A stretch of 63,033 bases of DNA, filler included, from Craspedostauros australis (GCA_030167865.1; 16 parts of 16 records of this genome joined end to end with filler, not necessarily neighbours in it); one strand, 5' to 3'. Shown: positions 12,222 through 25,912, numbered from the whole stretch's first letter. The notes: generated by a model not told the origin, from the sequence alone. A program made the numbers and translations.

Positions 12222-13139
12222 CAGCAGCAATCGAAGCACCCACAATTTGGAAAAGACAACAGAATTGTCAACTCCCCGCTTCGATTAACGCTTCCTGCAA
12301 CGCTTCAAATTTTTTTTAACCCACCTTCCCGCCCTTTGGGGATTCCAGCGCTCTCCCTCCAACCAAGATCGAATCAGTCAACACCAACGCAAACAGCCGA
12401 GGCAGAGACTTGAAACGAAATTGGCCTGGAGGGAACGAGCCGGATGATTCAAGGCAAGCTTGAAGGTGCTAGTAGCACTACCACCCAACGCAGACAAAAG
12501 CTATGTGTCTATGGATTAGCCGTGTTGCGATTTGCACAATGATGGCTGCTGCAACAGGAAAGGTCAAAATGGACCCGCAAGCGCACGAATCGCAAAACGA
12601 GAAACAACACGACCGCCATCAGTCTCTTTCCGCGTCAGCAAGGGGAGAAAAGCAGGTTGCGCAGGACTTTGTATTGACAAACTAAGCTTAGCATCAAAGA
12701 GTACAATATTTTGCATACCACAAAATAAGTCACTGTGCTCCATTACATTATATTACTGTGTTGTGTGGTATACGCAAGTGTTGCTGTTGCCGTGAACGTG
12801 GACGTGTCGGGAAGCCGCCACCAACGCTGCTCTGATTGACACAACACGCAACAACGTGGAAACACCCAAATGGGCCAAATGACCAACAACGCGAGGAATC
12901 AACGCAACACCGAATCTGCCGCAACATCACCATCCACACCGTTGGATACCATCGCCGTCTGATATCGACCGTCAAAGACGTCATCATTTTCGTCCGCGGT
13001 GAAGACAAGCCAGCCAGGTATTTGTGTCGTAAAAGCTAGCTAAATATATCTAACCCTAATGGACAACACGAAAAGTCATGTTCTAAAAATATCACGTTTT
13101 ACGATGTCAAATCCGCAAGAACGTACGTGCGAACCCTGA

Positions 13140-14102
13140 ATGGGGTCCTACACAGACAACACCATTCCCCCTGATGTTGAACCCATCGTTCACGCATTAT
13201 CGGATGCTGTTTTGTTCTCACATCAAGAGACAGAATCACGCACAAGTGGAAAGGACGTCGTTTCTGTTCCAAAGTTCACTCCTGAAGAACTTCTGGGCAA
13301 AACGATTTTGTTCCACCACAATGGACAAAACGTCCGTGCCAAAGTGATCCAAAAGATCAACGATTCAGACGCTGAGAACCATCAGCGTATCAAGATGCTC
13401 CTATCACTTAACGATGGGGAGCTTCACGAACTGATTTCGTATGTCGAACTTTCCGACGTCTTCGAGCGACAAACCACAGATGGTGCTGCGGACAACCCGC
13501 AGGCAGAGAATCAATGGTCCTTCCAAGCCATCGTGGATCACGAAGGTCCCCTCCCTCAGACATCCCCATCCTACAAGGGATCCAAGTACAATGTAACTGT
13601 GCTTTGGGATGACGGTTCCAAAACGTCCGAACCGTTATCTGTCATTGCGAAGGATGACCCAATCTCTTGCGCTATTTATGCGCGGAAACACGATTTGCTN
13701 NNNNNNNNNNNNNNNNNNNNNNNNNNNNNNNNNNNNNNNNNNNNNNNNNNNNNNNNNNNNNNNNNNNNNNNNNNNNNNNNNNNNNNNNNNNNNNNNNNNN
13801 NNNNNNNNNNNNNNNNNNNNNNNNNNNNNNNNNNNNNNNNNNNNNNNNNNNNNNNNNNNNNNNNNNNNNNNNNNNNNNNNNNNNNNGCCGAGCGCAAGGA
13901 AATGGACCAGCTCACGAGCTACGAGACCTTCAAGACCCTCGGATACCATGCCAAGGTACCCGATGGGTTCCAGAAGATTCGGTTGCAATGGGTATACGCC
14001 GTGAAGCACGATCTGCGCCACAAGGCCAGATGTGTCGCCGGCGGCCACCTGACAGCGCCATGCAAGGACACAGCCTACGCTGGAGTCGTCAGCCTCCGTT
14101 CC
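13140..14102 (+). mobile_element. Copia (CoDi) pol fragment: post-integrase region and RT N-terminus
   Basis: YKGSKYNVTVLWDDGSKTSEPL, then KEMDQL..WVYAVKHDLRHKARCVAGGH (Copia RT start). Confidence 0.9.
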
Positions 14103-14202
14103 NNNNNNNNNNNNNNNNNNNNNNNNNNNNNNNNNNNNNNNNNNNNTTAATTAATTAANNNNNNNNNNNNNNNNNNNNNNNNNNNNNNNNNNNNNNNNNN
14201 NN

Positions 14203-14719
14203 AGACTACAGCGCATGGGAGTCCCAAGCGAAGGCATACGCTCGTGCACAGAAGACGAGAGACGTAATGTTGGGCAAGACCAAGGTACCAACAGTGAGCG
14301 AGATCGCGGCAGCCACCGGCGAAGTCAAGGAAGCGATGGAAGAGACCTACGAGCTGGGATGCGACTGCTTCAGCGATCTGATCCTTATGATGGATGCAGA
14401 GAAAGGAAAAGGCAAACAGGCCATCCAATACATCAACCAGTGCATCTCCGACGACTACCCCGAAGGAGACGCACACGCAGCGTGGAACGTTCTCGCGGAG
14501 AAGTTCCGACCATCCGATGCGGTGACGAAGATCAAACTCAAGCGCCAATTCAACAACGAAAAGATGAAAAGAGACACGGACCCCGACATCTACATCACGC
14601 AACTCGAGAGTCTACGATCGCGTCTCCACGATGTCAAGTACGAGATCACGGACGAGGAAATGATCATGCAAATCCTCAGCACGGTGAGCAACGAGTACAG
14701 AACTCACATCGTGAACTTC
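14203..14719 (+). mobile_element. Copia gag fragment interrupted by an antisense LTR element
   Basis: EGDAHAAWNVLAEKF, DPDIYITQLESLRSRL, ITDEEMIMQIL; similarity stops at the LTR end 14720. Confidence 0.85.
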
Positions 14720-15497
14720 TGTTGGAAATCCGGGGTTATAGTAGTAGACTAATCTGTTATTAGTCTGTACCGTTTTAGAACTGTGAGCACAACATGCTCA
14801 TCTCCTTTCGATTCCAATTTCACAACAAGCATGATCTGCGGTAGCCACCCAAGGTTACACCCTTTAGCTTGGCTCCTTTCGTCTGCATCTTCATCTTGCT
14901 TTCATCGTGGTTCATCGCTTGCTTAGCTGAGGNTTGGAGAGNANCTACATTCGTCAAGTTCATACTCGTAGACCTGTAGGTACCTCTCCTTCGGTCTCCT
15001 GTCACCTCACTGGTCCCACTTCATTTCAGTTCCTCTCTCCGGTCATCTCGATGGTTGCCTTTGGATGTTTGGGACTTATTGTCGTCTGGATCGTGGTCTT
15101 GGGTGAATAGGGGTCGCCTCTGTTTCGCTTTCTCACATTAGGTTCTCAGGGACGCGTCGACTTGTTCAGATATATTAGTTGTCGCGCACGTTTGATTCGC
15201 TCAGGGCTGGTGTGTTGCCATCGTCATAGATCTCTCGGTTCCCGACCGTTATCGGGACATGGCCGAGTAGGCCACTGGATGAGGGTGTTTGGGTGTCGCA
15301 TAAGACAGGTAAGGCCATTGGGCTGTCCGAGTGCAACTGATCGATTGCTAGGTTGCGGTTTGTCTGGGAGATGCTATTGGGGGTTGCGGCAATCATGGGT
15401 ATCTTTGCACTTAATACCATTCCGGTTCCAGTCAGTCCTCATGGGAGCTGCGGTAGAACAGGGTATCTTTGCAAAGTCGTACCCCCGATTCCTGACA
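14720..15497 (-). mobile_element. 3' LTR (778 bp) of the Copia element whose RT-RNase H lies at 15595-16915
   Basis: Minus strand reads PPT GGAAGGGG, then TGTCAGGAATC...GATTTCCAACA. Confidence 0.9.
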
Positions 15498-15594
15498 CCC
15501 TTCCATTGTCGCACCACCATACTTACTCACACACACAAATCGTTTCTCGTCACACTCCCTTGTCTCGCTCTTTTCACTCATCTCTTCTGTCCCA

Positions 15595-16915
15595 TTAATC
15601 CATGGTCGATCTCAATTGAATGATGCTCCCTTTGTGTCTATCGTAGATCTCCTTCTTTGTGTTCTTGATGAAGCCGTCTGCGATGTTGTCCTCTGAGCGC
15701 ACAAATTGAATTCGTGCCTCTCCGTTATCTATCAGCTCCCGAGTGAAATGATGTCGTATGTCGATGTGTCTCGTCCGCGCTGATGTCGACGGATTGGAGG
15801 CAATGAAGATAGCCCCCACATTGTCCACATATACATCCACTGGTTTGGTCATCGTCAAGCCGATGTCCTCCATTAGTTGCGTGAGGAAGCGAATCTCCTT
15901 TCCTGCCTCTGACAGGGCGACGTATTCCGCCTCTGTTGAGCTGAGAGTTACACTTCGTTGTGCCTTCGATCTCCATATTATGGGCACCCCTTGCAGTAGT
16001 ACGAGATGTCCTCCGACACTGATTCGGTTATCCTTGTCTCCTGCAAACTCACTGTCTGCGTAGATCTCGATCTTCCATGCGTCGTTCTCCAGTGGGGTTG
16101 GTTGCATTCGTAGTCCGTAGTCCCTCGTGTCCGATACGAACTTCATTACTCGCAGCATCTCCTTGTATGCTGCAGCTGATGGTCCGTCCAGCACCTTGGT
16201 AAGTTCGCGCACTGCATTCGCAATGTCTGGTCGCGAGTGCTTCACCAAGTATAGCAGCATACCTACTCCGCTTCGGTATCTGCTGTGTCGGTCACTGTCC
16301 ACTTTGGGTAAGTCGCTGTTTCTCTGAATACCCTGTCCTGGTGTTCCTGGGGTTCCGTATCGTTGTAGAGTTAGTACGTCATCCTTGAATGTATCGATGA
16401 CATTCTTGATGATGTGTGGCTGGTTCACCCAGCAATTCGACTGGTCGTTGTTGAAGATGATGTTGCAGCTGAGGTAGTCTTCGAGGTCGTTCTCCACCTT
16501 GATTCCGAATTGCTCAGCCTTAATGTCGATCGTCAGTTGCTTCAACTCCTCCTTTTCTCCNNNNNNNNNNNNNNNNNNNNNNNNNNNNNNNNNNNNNNNN
16601 NNNNNNNNNNNNNNNNNNNNNNNNNNNNNNNNNNNNNNNNNNNNNNNNNNNNNNNNNNNNNNNTTGAGTAGAATGTCGACCAGCTTTTTGTTCCATTGTC
16701 TGGCGCTCTGCACTAATCCATAGATGGTCTTCTTGAGCAGCAAGCATTCGTCGGCCTCATGCCTCATGCCCTTTGGGCATTGCATGTAGATCTCTTCATC
16801 GAGTTCTCCATGCAAGAATGCTGTCTCGAAATCGATGATCATACTATCCATGTGCAGCAGCATCTTCATAGTGAGCATGATGCGGTAGGTTGCATCATGA
16901 ATCACTGGTGCGTGG
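15595..16915 (-). mobile_element. Copia RT and RNase H, 5' truncated by contig end
   Basis: DFETAFLHGEL, IYGLVQSARQW, SRPDIANAV, YADSEFAGD, LSSTEAEYVA, RTRHIDIRHHF. Confidence 0.97.
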
Positions 16916-17015
16916 NNNNNNNNNNNNNNNNNNNNNNNNNNNNNNNNNNNNNNNNNNNNTTAATTAATTAANNNNNNNNNNNNNNNNNNNNNNNNNNNNN
17001 NNNNNNNNNNNNNNN

Positions 17016-18392
17016 TGTTGCTCGATGTTGGCCCAATCCTTCTGTGGGATGCAGTTGTTGGTGTCAAGGATGTAGCTCGGATCAACTGTCAGGGTGCTTT
17101 GGAGGATGGCTTGAAAGTCAGTCTCGCGCGTGTTGGGTACGTGATGGACCGGCTCGGTGCCTCCTTCTTGCACTCCAAGGTTGAATTGCTGAACTTCGAA
17201 CTNGCTGGGTTGCTGCCATGGTCCTGGGCGAATGGTGCTGGTGTGCTGTCGCAAGGATTCGAATGCCAGCCGGTAGTTGTGGCTCTGTCCGATTGCATTC
17301 CAGATGGAGAGGAACTTTGCTTTGAACATTGTCGCTCCGAGTCCGCATTCAGGAGGAGTGTGCCCTTCGTTCATCAGTGTTTCGAGGTCATCGGATTCGG
17401 CTGGATCACGAAGAGAGCTTGCCGCGAAGTCGAGTGCATCGAAGTGTGTGGTCATGATTCCTGTGAGCATGTATTTGCTCATGATCCCGAGGAACTTGCG
17501 CACAGCGTAGACTGTCACTTCGTTCTGTTGTTCCTCGAAGAGGAATTCGCACTCGCGATCCTCCATGATGTGGAGCTCCATGTCCAGGAAGAAGTCTTCG
17601 TATAGATCCGTTACGTTGAATGGGGCGTCCTCCGTCATGTCCATTGGTTCCGGTTGCCACCAATCAACCATGTTCGCTTGAAACTCCTCAGGCTCCATTC
17701 TTGGTAGATCGTTGACTGAAGCTTGTGGATTGAGAGTTCGGTAGCGTTGGCGGAGTTGACGCAGTAAGTATAGTGAGTTGACCTTGAAATCGTGGAGGTA
17801 GATAGAAAGAGGATCACTGCCGTTTCGTTGTAGAAATTCAATTGCGTTGAGGCAATCGATGACAGCTCGTGAGAATACGTGAATTGGGTACGAATCTGGA
17901 TGTATGTCAGATGTGGCGTCGTCTGATTCAATTTCTTCTTCAGCAGCCGTCGCAACACAAAGGTGGTACTCATCGCAATCGTCGTCTTCAAGCCACGCTG
18001 CCTTGCCTCCAAGGCGTCCATAGGTGAATCGCTGTGGTTCTTTGCGAATCCTGGTGCTCCGTTCTCGTTTGGGCGTAATCGTGGACGCTGGTGGGATTGG
18101 TGATGAGGTCGTGGTCTCTGGTACATTTGATGTTGGCATAGAGGACACGGGTTGAAGTGGTGGTTGAGCTGACTGATCTTTCTTCAGCGGATCAGGGAGC
18201 TGGTCAGAAGGTTCCCATTGCGGTTCTTGTGAAGCGGGGCCCTCTTGGAGTTCCTCGCCTTCACTAGCTGCAGGAGGATAGCTGAAGTCTCCCTCTGTCG
18301 AAGACAGTGGTTGATTCACTCCCTCTGAAGCTGACATTGGAGGGGCGAGGTCATCATTGATGAAACCTGCGTCCGTTTGCATCATTGGTTTC
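17016..18392 (-). mobile_element. Probable Copia pol integrase-RT linker, unusually long; partial at both ends
   Basis: Repeated ASEG motifs, Pro-rich stretch and RSTRIRKEPQRF, typical of the Copia IN-RT linker. Confidence 0.55.
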
Positions 18393-18492
18393 NNNNNNNN
18401 NNNNNNNNNNNNNNNNNNNNNNNNNNNNNNNNNNNNTTAATTAATTAANNNNNNNNNNNNNNNNNNNNNNNNNNNNNNNNNNNNNNNNNNNN

Positions 18493-20423
18493 TCGTCCTT
18501 GACCAGCATCCGAATGAACTGTTGGACGAAGAAGACGTTCCCATCGGTCTTCTTGAAGACTATTTCTGCCAGTCCGTAGCTGCTGTCGCTTCTGTTGCTG
18601 TCGCGCTCAGCATCATTGCCATCGCCATCGTCATCGTCGTTGTAGATTCCCAACAGCTGCTTGAGCATGGTGTGCACGTTGTCTAGTGACAGATTGTTGA
18701 CCTCCAGATCGACGTACCGGATGAAGCGCTCCTGTCGCATCTTCTGGATAGACGCCAGTATCTGGCCAACTGCGTTAGCTGCGCTGGACGTGGCCACAGA
18801 GTCCAAATCGGAGCCTTGGACGTTCCCATTGCTGATAGTACCATTTCTGACTCCTTCCATGTCGACGAGGTTGGATCGGAAGCAGATGATAACCATGAGA
18901 GAGGAGATGGTGATATCCAACACCCATGACTCGATCATGTTGAGCGACTCCTTGTCTGCCCATTGGACATCGTCGGAAACCCACACAAGGGGGCAGTAGG
19001 CGCAGATGACCTTGATGAAGCGGCGGAAGGCAAACTTGAGTTGGATGGACTGTTCCTTGAAACCTTGTGCCACTTGCGCGCGTTGATGGGCAGACACGAC
19101 TGTGCTTTCGTCGCCATCGTTGGCGTGATGGTCTGCGTGACACAGCGCATCGTTGCCGATGACATCGGAGAGGTTGGGGACGAGCTTGTGAAGTGCTTGC
19201 AGCTCGTCGACGTTGAGCCCCTTGATGATGTGCTGCTTGATCTCGTCGAAACTGCGGGTGTCCTGTCCTTCACGTACGCTGCCGTTGGCTTTGGTCCTTG
19301 GGAGGCTGCAGATCTGGGAACACAGATCGATCATGGCAGCTCGGAAACCCGAGTACGGTTCATTCATCTGCTTGAGATCGAATTTCCCGGACACAAAGAA
19401 GACATGGTTGCTTCTGCATTTGGGACGCAGGGTGGCAACCAACGCCGATTTGCCGGTACCAGAGTATCCGGAGATGGATACGAGGGATCGGACGGTGCTC
19501 CCTCCTGTGTCTGCATGCTGGTCGGTGGGCTTGCCATTGTCGAAATCGTTGTCAGCATCGTGGAAACCTGAGATACCGGTTTCCTGGACATGGTCGGCAG
19601 CCCTTTTGTCCAACGAAGATGCGGATTCTTCGGATGTTGGCTTCTTGAGGATCTGTTGGAAGAGCCGGTTGAGGACGCGTTTCTCCTTGTCCCTCCCAAT
19701 GAGTCCGATACGTGAGAAGTCTAGAGATGCCTGCGAGATCTCTGCCAGCTTTCTGGCCGTGCGCATGCGTTTGGTCTCCGTGGCCATTGTTGGTCGCTTC
19801 TCAAACATGTCGCTTGGCGGTGGGGGGCGGCTCGAGGAGGATAGTCTGGGGGTGGAGAAATGGGAGGACCCTCTTCCCACCTGTTGGCTGCCGGTGTCGC
19901 TCTTGATACTGAACTCGGTGGACGGTGTGCCTGATGCCTCAATGAAGCTCGAGGAGCGGACGACGAACGAAGAGCGCATCCCGAATCCAGTGCTCTTGAT
20001 GCGTCCGTCAAGGTTGGTGGGTGCAGAGTTGTCGCAGGAGCTGTCATCATCGGCGGTACGGGATGCCGCCGTCCCGTCATCGTACTTGCCGCCGTCGTTG
20101 GCTGCCACCATGTCCATCGTGTTCATTGTCGTCACTGATGCTTCCAAATGTGTTACCGGGCAATGGGAGGATCGGAGCTCGCTTTGCTCTTGATGGTGAT
20201 CTCTGATAATGATCTCTGATAATGATGTGTCCCCCCGCCCCGCGTTGCCTTCGTGACTGCCTCTGTTGTTGCCACCGTTTTCTCGTCCTTCCTTCCTTGC
20301 TTCCCTGCTTGTTGGCTTTCGACACGAGGATCGTGAAATCGTGGGCGCGTTTCCCACAATGATCGTCACCCATCGACTTCGCGCGTTCCAGTGATCACGA
20401 ACAGGATAAGTGCGCAGGTACAT
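18493..20423 (-). CDS. STAND-class (AAA_16-like) ATPase, N-terminal part; start codon uncertain; 3' truncated
   Basis: LIGRDKE, Walker A GYSGTGKS, SGKFD..PYS, Walker B LVWVSDDVQWAD, KTDGNVFFV. Confidence 0.9.
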
Positions 20424-21377
20424 GAAGTAGTCGCTCTCCGTGCTGGTGCAAAACGTCTATGTTTGGATCTCTCTGCGCAGCTGTCGTGTTGTGTGGAGGG
20501 TTAGAGACTTCTCGGCAGGTGGGACTTGGACACCTGCGACAGCGGCTCCGTAGCTACAATACGTGGAACGTAAAATGTCCAACAAGCCACCCAAGGCAGT
20601 CATTGAACGGACCTCTTTGCGCACAACCATCCATCGAAAGCGCTTCTGCGCTTGTGCTCGCACCAACTGCCAACACAGCGAGATGACCACATCATCCCAA
20701 CAGGAATTCCCGACATGCTACAGTCATCGTTTCATTATTGGACTTACGATCACACTTTTGTCTTCAATATGACATTTCTGTGCCAGCTGATAAAAGCCAA
20801 CGTTGATGATCGTTAGTACCTGAGACGGATACATCCAACCAAAACGGACATTCCCACTTTGGTTTCGTCGTGTCCCATCCAATTCTGCTCGTTGATAGTA
20901 TCTTTCGGACACGCTTGGTCTTGTTCGTTACGGTCCAGTTCAGTCTTGTCTGAATCGTTCGAGAAATGAGTCTGTCCTGGTTTTCCATTTGAATATTGTA
21001 TCGTGTTTCGTGGCAGAGTGTCCTTTGCAACATTAATATGAACATGGCGTCCTGTTCGTGTTTGGCGATGTCCACCCTGGCATGAATGGTGCGTGTCACA
21101 ATCGTGGACTGTTGCAACGGACGTCGACGTTGATCATAGGGTGGAGGAAGTAGCAGGACCTGTTGCATTACACGTACTCAATCATGAGAGGGCACGAGGA
21201 ATGATGAACTGCGCTCTCTTCCTATATTCCTCGCTCTGAATGTGCTGTTGCTCCCATGGTGTTCGTATCCATGGTCTGTGCTCGTCCGCTGGTCATTAGA
21301 GGCAAATGTATCGACTTTCGGGCCGTTTAGAGCACTCAATGCAACGAATAATCACTCTCTACATTCGCATTGCTTTA

Positions 21378-23551
21378 TTATTCTGGTCTGCTTCTGTCGC
21401 AGATCTCCTTCCGGTGCTCCTGCAGCAACGACACCTTCTTGCTGGCACCCCATTCGTCATACAGCCGAATTGCTTCGTTGAGATGATATTCCGCACTGTC
21501 GACGTCTTGCTCCAGCAGCATGTGCTCGGCCAGCCGTTCATTCGCCAAGGCTTGGTTGTGCGGGAACCCTGTCCGCGCACAGGCCCGGATCGCATCCTGG
21601 TACATCGTGACAGCATCCATGAACGCTTTTTCTCGCTGTCTGCTCTTGTGCGCCTTCCATGCGGCCCTCTCCGCGTTGAGGATGGCGAGGCAGTGGACCG
21701 CATTTGGGTTGCCCTTGTTCACGGTACCCCGCAGTTGCTTGCGGGTTTTCTGAGCCAGCCGCTTGTACGTGCTGCGTTGAGACCGTGTGAGGCACCTGTC
21801 TTGATTGGAAGCGATTGTCATTGTGAAAGAGGTGGCGAATATGAAGAACATCGTCGTGCTGTATCCGCGCGGCGTCTTCATCTGGTCCTCGTAGATTTTC
21901 AATACCATCTGGGCGGTGTTGTCGTAATCCCCAAAGTATGTCATCAAGAAAACCTTGTTTCGAAGCAAGTCTGTGATTAGTGCACCGTCCTTCGTTTCTT
22001 CGTGGCGTCGCATGGACGCGATTTCGTCAAACACGTCACCGACGAGCATTGTCTGCCCATCAGATCGTCCTCTCAGGTTCAAGACCATCTGCCACCTGGC
22101 AGATAGCTGCTCGGTCGCCTTGGCTTGGTTAAAGTCTTCGGAGACCTTTGTGTACGTTGAGAGGTCTGTGTCGAGATCTTTCAGGGACTTGGCTGCAAGA
22201 AAGCACAAGTCGAAGTAGAAGAGCACTGCCCACGTTGCGATCTGCATGTCGCCAGCAGACATGCTATCTGGGTGGGCATCCAGCACCGGCTGCATGCAAT
22301 TCTCGTATGGAATGAAGTTGTTGAATGCCAGGCCGTATGAGACGACCATCGCCCGAGCTGCGACTGACTTGTCGCTGCCTTCTTTGCACCATCGTATCGC
22401 GTAGTCGGCGTAGAGCCTTGCCTTCTCCCAATCATCCAAAACGGGACCTACCAGCATCGCAAGGCTCGCGAGGACAACTGGGGTAGAGTTGGTTCTTCCT
22501 TTCTTCATGCCGTAGTTGACGCCATCAATCGTGATGAGAGGATGTAGGCCTGGATCGCAAAGAGCTGCAGACCAACCGTATTTGTCCATGCTCCGAATGA
22601 TGAGCTCGTCCATCGGATCCTCAGACGGCTTCATTGACTCCAAATATTCCAATGTCCACTTCCTTGTGGATGCTTTCAGCTTCAGCAGCCTCATGATGAC
22701 AACCATCAGTCTCCTTTTGCTGCCCTTGGGATACGGAAATCCCAGCTGCGCCATCAGTCCAGCACCGACCGCCATTCTATCCCTCGCTTTGCCTTGTTGG
22801 ATCGTGACCATCTTCCCATCCATCAAAACATGATACGCCCTTATCTTGTCGATCAGAGGACACTCGTCTCGCTCGATCACCATGTTGCCGTACTTCTGCA
22901 TCATCTCAAACTTGCTGCTCACGTACGCGCACTCCGCGGCTGATGTGAAGAGCTGGAGGGTCATGTCGTAATGTGTTCTCCAGTGGTCGGGCGGCATCAT
23001 GCCGATGGTGCTTTGGAAGTACTGGAATGCTACTCGGAAGGCTGCATGCGATGCGGCGACAGTTCCAGCCTCGAAGTTGAGCATTGCGATCCTGAAGCGC
23101 CTTGTTTGGGTGATGTCGATGTCTTCTTTTGACGGCGACGACGACGATGATGACGACGATGAGGATGGGTACTGCGGGACCATATCCAAACGGGCGTTGA
23201 GGAGATTCACCACAACGAACATTGAAGCCTCGAAGTCTTCTTCTGATAGCCGATCCATCAAGATGATTCCGATGCGATGCTGGAGCTCCAGAAGGTGCAT
23301 CTTCGATGGGATCATTCCCAATGCCGCCTCCTGCACCTTGTCGTGAATGAAGGAGTACTCGGATGCGGCAGACACCTGTGCTGGTGATGTCATGGGCGAT
23401 GCCGGCGATGTGGACTGAGGAGTAGAGCTGCTCCCGTTGCCGTTACCGTTGCCGTTGCCGTCGTCGGCAATGCTACCGCCAGCATGAGACTCAATCAGTC
23501 CCTCCGCCTCATAGGTATTCAGGATGTCCACCCATTCCTCCTCGCTTGCCG
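21378..23551 (-). CDS. C-terminal helical/TPR half of a second STAND ATPase paralog; 5' truncated
   Basis: YSFIHDKVQEAA winged-helix motif, LNFEAG..AAF, ALANERLAE, AIRLYDEWGA..KV terminal motif. Confidence 0.88.
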
Positions 23552-23651
23552 NNNNNNNNNNNNNNNNNNNNNNNNNNNNNNNNNNNNNNNNNNNNTTAAT
23601 TAATTAANNNNNNNNNNNNNNNNNNNNNNNNNNNNNNNNNNNNNNNNNNNN

Positions 23652-25138
23652 GACTTGGAACAGGCGTGGAGGAGCAAAACTGCATCAGAATGCGATGGAA
23701 CGTACGCGCACTGCGCTGTACCATACGACATTAGGGTGGGATGAAAGTGCAGAGCTATCAGCATATTCCACCAGGTATATTGGGATGCTACTTTTGCCTT
23801 TGCTGATGCTGGTAGTACTTCGTGAGCGCGGGAACTGTGATCACTGCCGGGTTCGTTGCACCATGATCTCGCGCGTTCCACGTGTGGTCTCTCATTNNNN
23901 NNNNNNNNNNNNNNNNNNNNNNNNNNNNNNNNNNNNNNNNNNNNNNNNNNNNNNNNNNNNNNNNNNNNNNNNNNNNNNNNNNNNNNNNNNNNNNNNNNNN
24001 NNNNNNNNNNNNNNNNNNNNNNNNNNNNNNNNNNNNNNNNNNNNNNNNNNNNNNNNNNNNNNNNNNNNNNNNNNNNNNNNNNNNNNNNNNNNNNGTTGTT
24101 GTTGTGGAAGTTTGTGAGTTCATTTTGCTCTTTTCTTGATCACGTTTCATTCCTTTTCCTGGTTCTTTTCCATGTCGCACCCAGAGAATCGCTCTGTACT
24201 TTTTCAGATATCGGTGGACAGACAGACGTGAGATGTGGTTTTTTGTTAGAAACATGCGTGGAACACGACCAAATCAGATACTGCGCTCGCGAATTCTGGA
24301 CTGCTTTGTGCCTGTCGATACACATTCCTCAGAGAATCGTTTCTGGTGCGCCACAAAACTGCGGAGTGGCTCTGCGAGAACAGAATGATGTACCGCACTG
24401 AACACAAGAAGGGGAGTACAGCAGTATCGCATATAATACATCTGTTTTATCGTACATGCCCACATTTGTATTATTTGCACATCGGAGGCTGATCAGGTTA
24501 GATCTTGTGATGGATCGGTTGACTCCGCAGAATCAACATTCCACCGTCAATTCCAACCGTCAACGATGGTGTTGCATCCACAAGGCGCGCTTGGTGGTCA
24601 GCGGNNNNNNNNNNNNNNNNNNNNNNNNNNNNNNNNNNNNNNNNNNNNNNNNNNNNNNNNNNNNNNNNNNNNNNNNNNNNNNNNNNNNNNNNNNNNNNNN
24701 NNNNNNNNNNNNNNNNNNNNNNNNNNNNNNNNCTGACCATCTGGACGCCATATTGTGGATTGAGTTTAGGGTAATTGTATTGATTTGACTGCAGCGATGC
24801 ATAGAATAACAATTCTTCTTGGCGCTGTGAAAACACAGCTCCAATTTTGCTCCTGGCGACGACATCGATACTGACATGCGCGTGCGATTTTTTTTGCGCC
24901 CATGGATTTGGTAACATCACTCGCTCTCGCTGATCGTCGTCATTCTCCGTTGTCTGCTGGGGCCGTTCGTGGCAGTCTGGGTGGTCACAGAGCAAGCAAC
25001 AGCCGGCGCCAACCATGAATGGCACNGGCGGTTGATGATTGGTGAACGCTGTTCCACAGGCGGATGCGATTTGTTGTCTCCCCCAGCGGTTGTTGGATGA
25101 GCGATAGACGAGAAGCTGGTGGTGATCAGCTGTACGGA
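23652..25138. repeat. Second copy of the dispersed repeat at 2650-4105
   Basis: Collinear similarity across internal N gaps. Confidence 0.85.
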
Positions 25139-25440
25139 AAGCGTCGGGGCAGATGGATGGGATGTTCTGAGCAATGAAACAATAGTGCCATACTAATGGA
25201 TGAGGTAGTGTGGATGAGGCAGAGAGCTTGTTCCGATTTCCTCGCAAGCACAAACATTTTCGAATTGATGGCGTATGCTCGTCCTCTCGCCGCGATTGAC
25301 TGTTGTTCGCGTGAGAGCAAAATGTGAGCCACTGCTCTGCGCCGAGAACTGGTGTCCATTTGCAAGAGAACTGCGCATCCCGATTCACAAGCCGAGCGAC
25401 AAATCGCGCACACTCCAGAATACATTCGTGACTTTTCGAT

Positions 25441-25500
25441 ACGACACGACACGACACGACACGACACGACACGACACGACACGACACGACACGACACGAC
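25441..25500. repeat. (ACGAC)12 microsatellite
   Basis: Perfect 5-bp tandem repeat. Confidence 0.97.
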
Positions 25501-25741
25501 ATGCCATGCTACTGATACCAGTACCATACGTATTGGATAGATTGACGAATGGATGGGTGGAGCGAGCTGTGATCATCCCAAGGATACCGTATCGACACAC
25601 TTGGCGACGAACCATAGTCGCCGTATTGGTACCATCGCAGGNNNNNNNNNNNNNNNNNNNNNNNNNNNNNNNNNNNNNNNNNNNNTTAATTAATTAANNN
25701 NNNNNNNNNNNNNNNNNNNNNNNNNNNNNNNNNNNNNNNNN

Positions 25742-25912
25742 ATAGTCGGAGACTGAATCTACGAAACAGATTGAAGCGCCGAGAGCATCGGGCAAGAGAA
25801 CGGCGTACACCGAGAGTATCGGAGTGCCAACGTAATGAAATAGCAAACAGACGACTATCAACCAATACCATCTTCCACGATCGTAGGTTACCGTGAGCGG
25901 AACTTGCCAACA
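25742..25912 (-). mobile_element. Start of an LTR (family of 9776-10197) inserted 3' of the piggyBac-like ORF
   Basis: Minus strand TGTTGGCAAGTTCCGCTCACGG matches 9776 onward. Confidence 0.75.

Noticed and set aside
13049..13058. CTAACCCTAA as a telomeric repeat
   Set aside because: Fewer than two units; expected by chance
25126..25697. ORFs with VVSCR or HDTTR repeats
   Set aside because: Translations of the (ACGAC)12 microsatellite
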